DNA from: Trichosphaerium sp. ATCC 40318
Lineage: Eukaryota > Protista > Tubulinea
DNA: 64,000 bases
Direction of reading: 5' to 3'
NCBI GenBank assembly: GCA_038496445.1
Contig: JALMLS010000215.1
Span: forward strand, 186,001 to 250,000
A program made the translations under genes and the position numbers. Below the pieces are notes generated by a model that made no database searches, was not told the origin of the DNA, and was given only the letters and a program-made list of their open reading frames with translations. Shown here in pieces: positions 60,874 through 64,000 of this stretch (the stretch's first letter is position 1; every line of letters begins with the position of its first letter).

Positions 60874-63800
60874 ATGCTATCTCACAGCTTTTGTGTGGTT
60901 TTGCTTTTATGTTCGATTTCAGTAGCACGTGCGTCCTTTGTAGCCCCTTCGGATTATTAACATGAATAGTGTCGGCTAGTATGTTTCAAATCGACGTAGA
61001 TGAAACAACTGGTGACTACAGTTTAATGGTTGATAAAGTAGAATGGCTCACAGGTGCTGGAGCTGCTTTTCGTTCAGGAGGAAAATGGTACCATACAAAT
61101 ACAAAAAAAAACTTTTCGTATTTTTCACCCAATGTTTACAAAATACTCTTCTTCAAAAATGCTACTGATTATTCTTCGGGATATTCCAACGAAAAGTTGT
61201 AGTTAAACGGTTTTTTTTATAGGTATAAGAGCTCAGATGGATCTCTTAAGCTCGTGAGTGTTCATAAGGGAACAGTAAGACACTTTATGTCGTGTCACGT
61301 GCGATATTAATGATTTTTGGTTAGGGACATGATAAGTTGGGTGCATACGATTCTACCACGCTTTCATGGACTGGAGACGGCGCAGAGTACATTACAGAGG
61401 TAAAAGGAATGATACCGCGTCCAAAATAACGCTTGGTTTAGTTCCAGCAATATCAGGACACTGAAGTGATAAAGTGTATACAATCCTTACCAAAAGGTGC
61501 TACGCAAACCGGTTCTGGAGATAATGGAGACGTAAAATCGAAAAACGTTTACCCTGATGAGTTAATAAGTTTGTTTTTACTTTAGGTGATGATGAGCTTT
61601 CCTTCCTTCAAGCAAAGACAAAGTTGAACTATTTTACGCACACTGACACCTTCGCAAAAGGTCACGTGGGGCTCTTCAATAATCCTGATATTAATAACGT
61701 AAATGGAGGTACGTAATCCATTGATTACCATTGTGTCACGTGTGGCTAATATTGGATCAGGACCTGTTATGATCTATAACATTACTATGCGAAACGTTAT
61801 TTTCTCTCCTCTTGACAACTTTATGATTGGTGGTAGCGCCATCTCAAAGCAACTTGGTGGTGTTTTTGCTAACGGTATCGGGTTGTATTCACTTACCTAA
61901 TTATTAAACTTGATTTTTAGGACCTATGGGAAGCGTTAATGAGATACCAGCCGGCTTCAAATACACAACAGTGATTGTTGGTTCGTCTACTGCCAAAATG
62001 AATTCGGTCTTTTTTCTTATATTTTCTCAGGTGGCCATGGTATAAACTCTAATTTCTACGATTGGGGTTCTGTACTCTTAGGCGAATACGAGAAAAAACG
62101 CATCGAAGATGATGGTGATATACTCATTCAAGTAGGCCGCTTAAAACAACCAACTTAAGTGAAGTAAAAGCTCACCTTTTTTTGTTTAGTATCTCGGTTA
62201 TTGGACCGATAATGGCGCTTACTACTACTATATTACTGAACCAGAGTAAGAAATACCACACACATAATATCTCTAACTTTCTACTAGCAAAAACTACGAA
62301 GACACTATGATTGATGTCTATGACTACATTACTAAAATAAATGTTCCAGTACAAAGTTACCAATTTGGTTAGTACTTTTCTAGTCGATTCTAAAATCAAA
62401 GCTTATAAATATTAGATTCTTGGTGGTATTTCAAAGGTAATGGTGGAGGTGTGACTCTTTGGGAACCTACACCAGCTATCTTTCCGTAAGCTTTCTTCTT
62501 TTTTTTTTGACATTGTTCATTGACTTTGTTTGTCTTGTTGTAGGCATGGTATGGACTACCTTGACCAAAAAATGGGTAAGGATATCTATAGATTGACGTA
62601 CGCTAATATGTTACTAGGAAATAAGCCATTGGCACTACACAATCGTTATTTTGCGACGAACACTGAATACACAAAGAACTTTACCTTTGTCTGCGAAAAA
62701 AAGTACACAACCTTTGTGAATCATCTCATCATGGTGTATTTCTAATATGAACTAGGACATGCTTGCCAACTGGAGAAGATTTATACACGTACATCATGGC
62801 AAAAGCAAAAGCATGGGGTATGTATTTCATTAAGAAACAGAACATGAACTCAGTTTTCTTCTTAGGTATGGTCTTGTATGAGCAAGATTGGCTAGTAACT
62901 TCATTCAATGATATGGAAACTACTCAAAACAACACATACTTTGCGAGAAACTGGATGATGAACATGGGCACGGCTGCTCAAAAACTAGGAATAACAATTC
63001 AAGTACGCTCTTCAAAAAGACAACAATAGATTCTATTACTAATCCCTTAAAAGTACTGTATGCCTCTACCTCGGCATCTACTTCAATCTGTCGAATTACA
63101 ATCAGTCACTCAAGCACGTGCATCAGGAGATTACAACGTAAGACGAAAAACTGTGATTTGTTATTTTGAATTGAGTTTTTGAATGTAGCCTGGAAACGAA
63201 AATTGGAACGTTGGTCCATCTTCAATGCTTCATTGGGCTATAGGTATCCGACCTTTCAAGGATGATTTCTGGACTGGACCGCACGTGATTTATTTTAATG
63301 GTTGAATTATCAAGTTTTTGTTAATTTTCTTAGGAGCCAACCTGGTTGCAAGTACGGTAAGGGTTGCAAAGAACCAAACACTGAAATGATCACAAATATT
63401 GCTGCTATGACTGGCGGACCTGTTGGACCATCGGATAAAATTGGTTTAATGAACAGAGGTAAAAGAAATGAAGATATTGTTTCGGATCTGACTTAAAAAA
63501 AATGTTTTTAGACTTAGTCATGGGCACGTGTAATGCCAAAGGGTTATTATTGAAACCAGATAAACCGATGACAACCATGGATTATGTACATCCCTCCTAG
63601 ACAAGTATTCATAAAAAATAATAATCGTATTATTTGTAGGTGTTCACGGCTACATTTAGCACACCAAAGCTTGAGAGCTGTACGTACTTTTTTAGTATTA
63701 ATTACGAACTTACATTCGTTTAGTATGGAGCACGTTTAGTAAACATGGTAGTATGACATGGAGCTATGCTATTGGTATCGACCTTTCTGAAGATGTAATG

Positions 63801-64000
63801 TTGTTTCCTTCGGTACAATTTGTGTTTTGAGCTACGAGACATATACAGCTAATCATTGTGATTGAAGGCTCTTGACTTGGATAACACTGGATCATACTTT
63901 GCCTATGACTATTGGGCAGGCACTGTTGTTCCTTTTGACTCTAACACAGCTTTAAAATTCCCTAAACAAAGTTCAAGTGGAAAGAAGGACTTTAAGTATT
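60874..64000 (+). CDS. Secreted uncharacterised glycoside-hydrolase-like (TIM-barrel, clan D-like) protein, many exons, 3'-partial
   Basis: Signal peptide MLSHSFCVVLLLCSISVA. Motifs LGYWTDNGAYYYY, QL|DSWWYFKG, LALHNRY, YEQDWL, YCMPLPRH, QARASGDY, PFKDDFWT, GPVGPSD. Confidence 0.7.

Overview
AT-rich, intron-dense eukaryotic DNA with many short GT-AG introns. Gene content suggests a free-living protist, possibly amoebozoan (inference). From left to right: a Clu-domain gene, a spliced DUF4326 gene, a circularly permuted tRNA-like element, an intronless F-box/LRR gene with two decayed paralogs, and a head-to-head pair of class C GPCRs with beta-helix-like ectodomains. Next come two L1/TRE-like non-LTR retrotransposons (one 5'-truncated, one full length, both with 18-bp TSDs). 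A rearranged cluster of three ankyrin/B-box/PARP-like ADP-ribosyltransferase modules surrounds a palindromic promoter. The rest holds a foldback element, an MFS transporter, a USP53/54-like pseudo-DUB, a family-B-like GPCR, a TIR element and a partial secreted glycoside-hydrolase-like gene. Best novelty candidates: (1) the LINE whose ORF1, small hydrophobic ORF and ORF2 are chained by two AUGA stop-start overlaps; (2) the ANK/B-box/PARP cluster; (3) the permuted tRNA-like RNA; (4) the beta-helix class C GPCR pair. Exon boundaries were read by eye, and no database searches were run.
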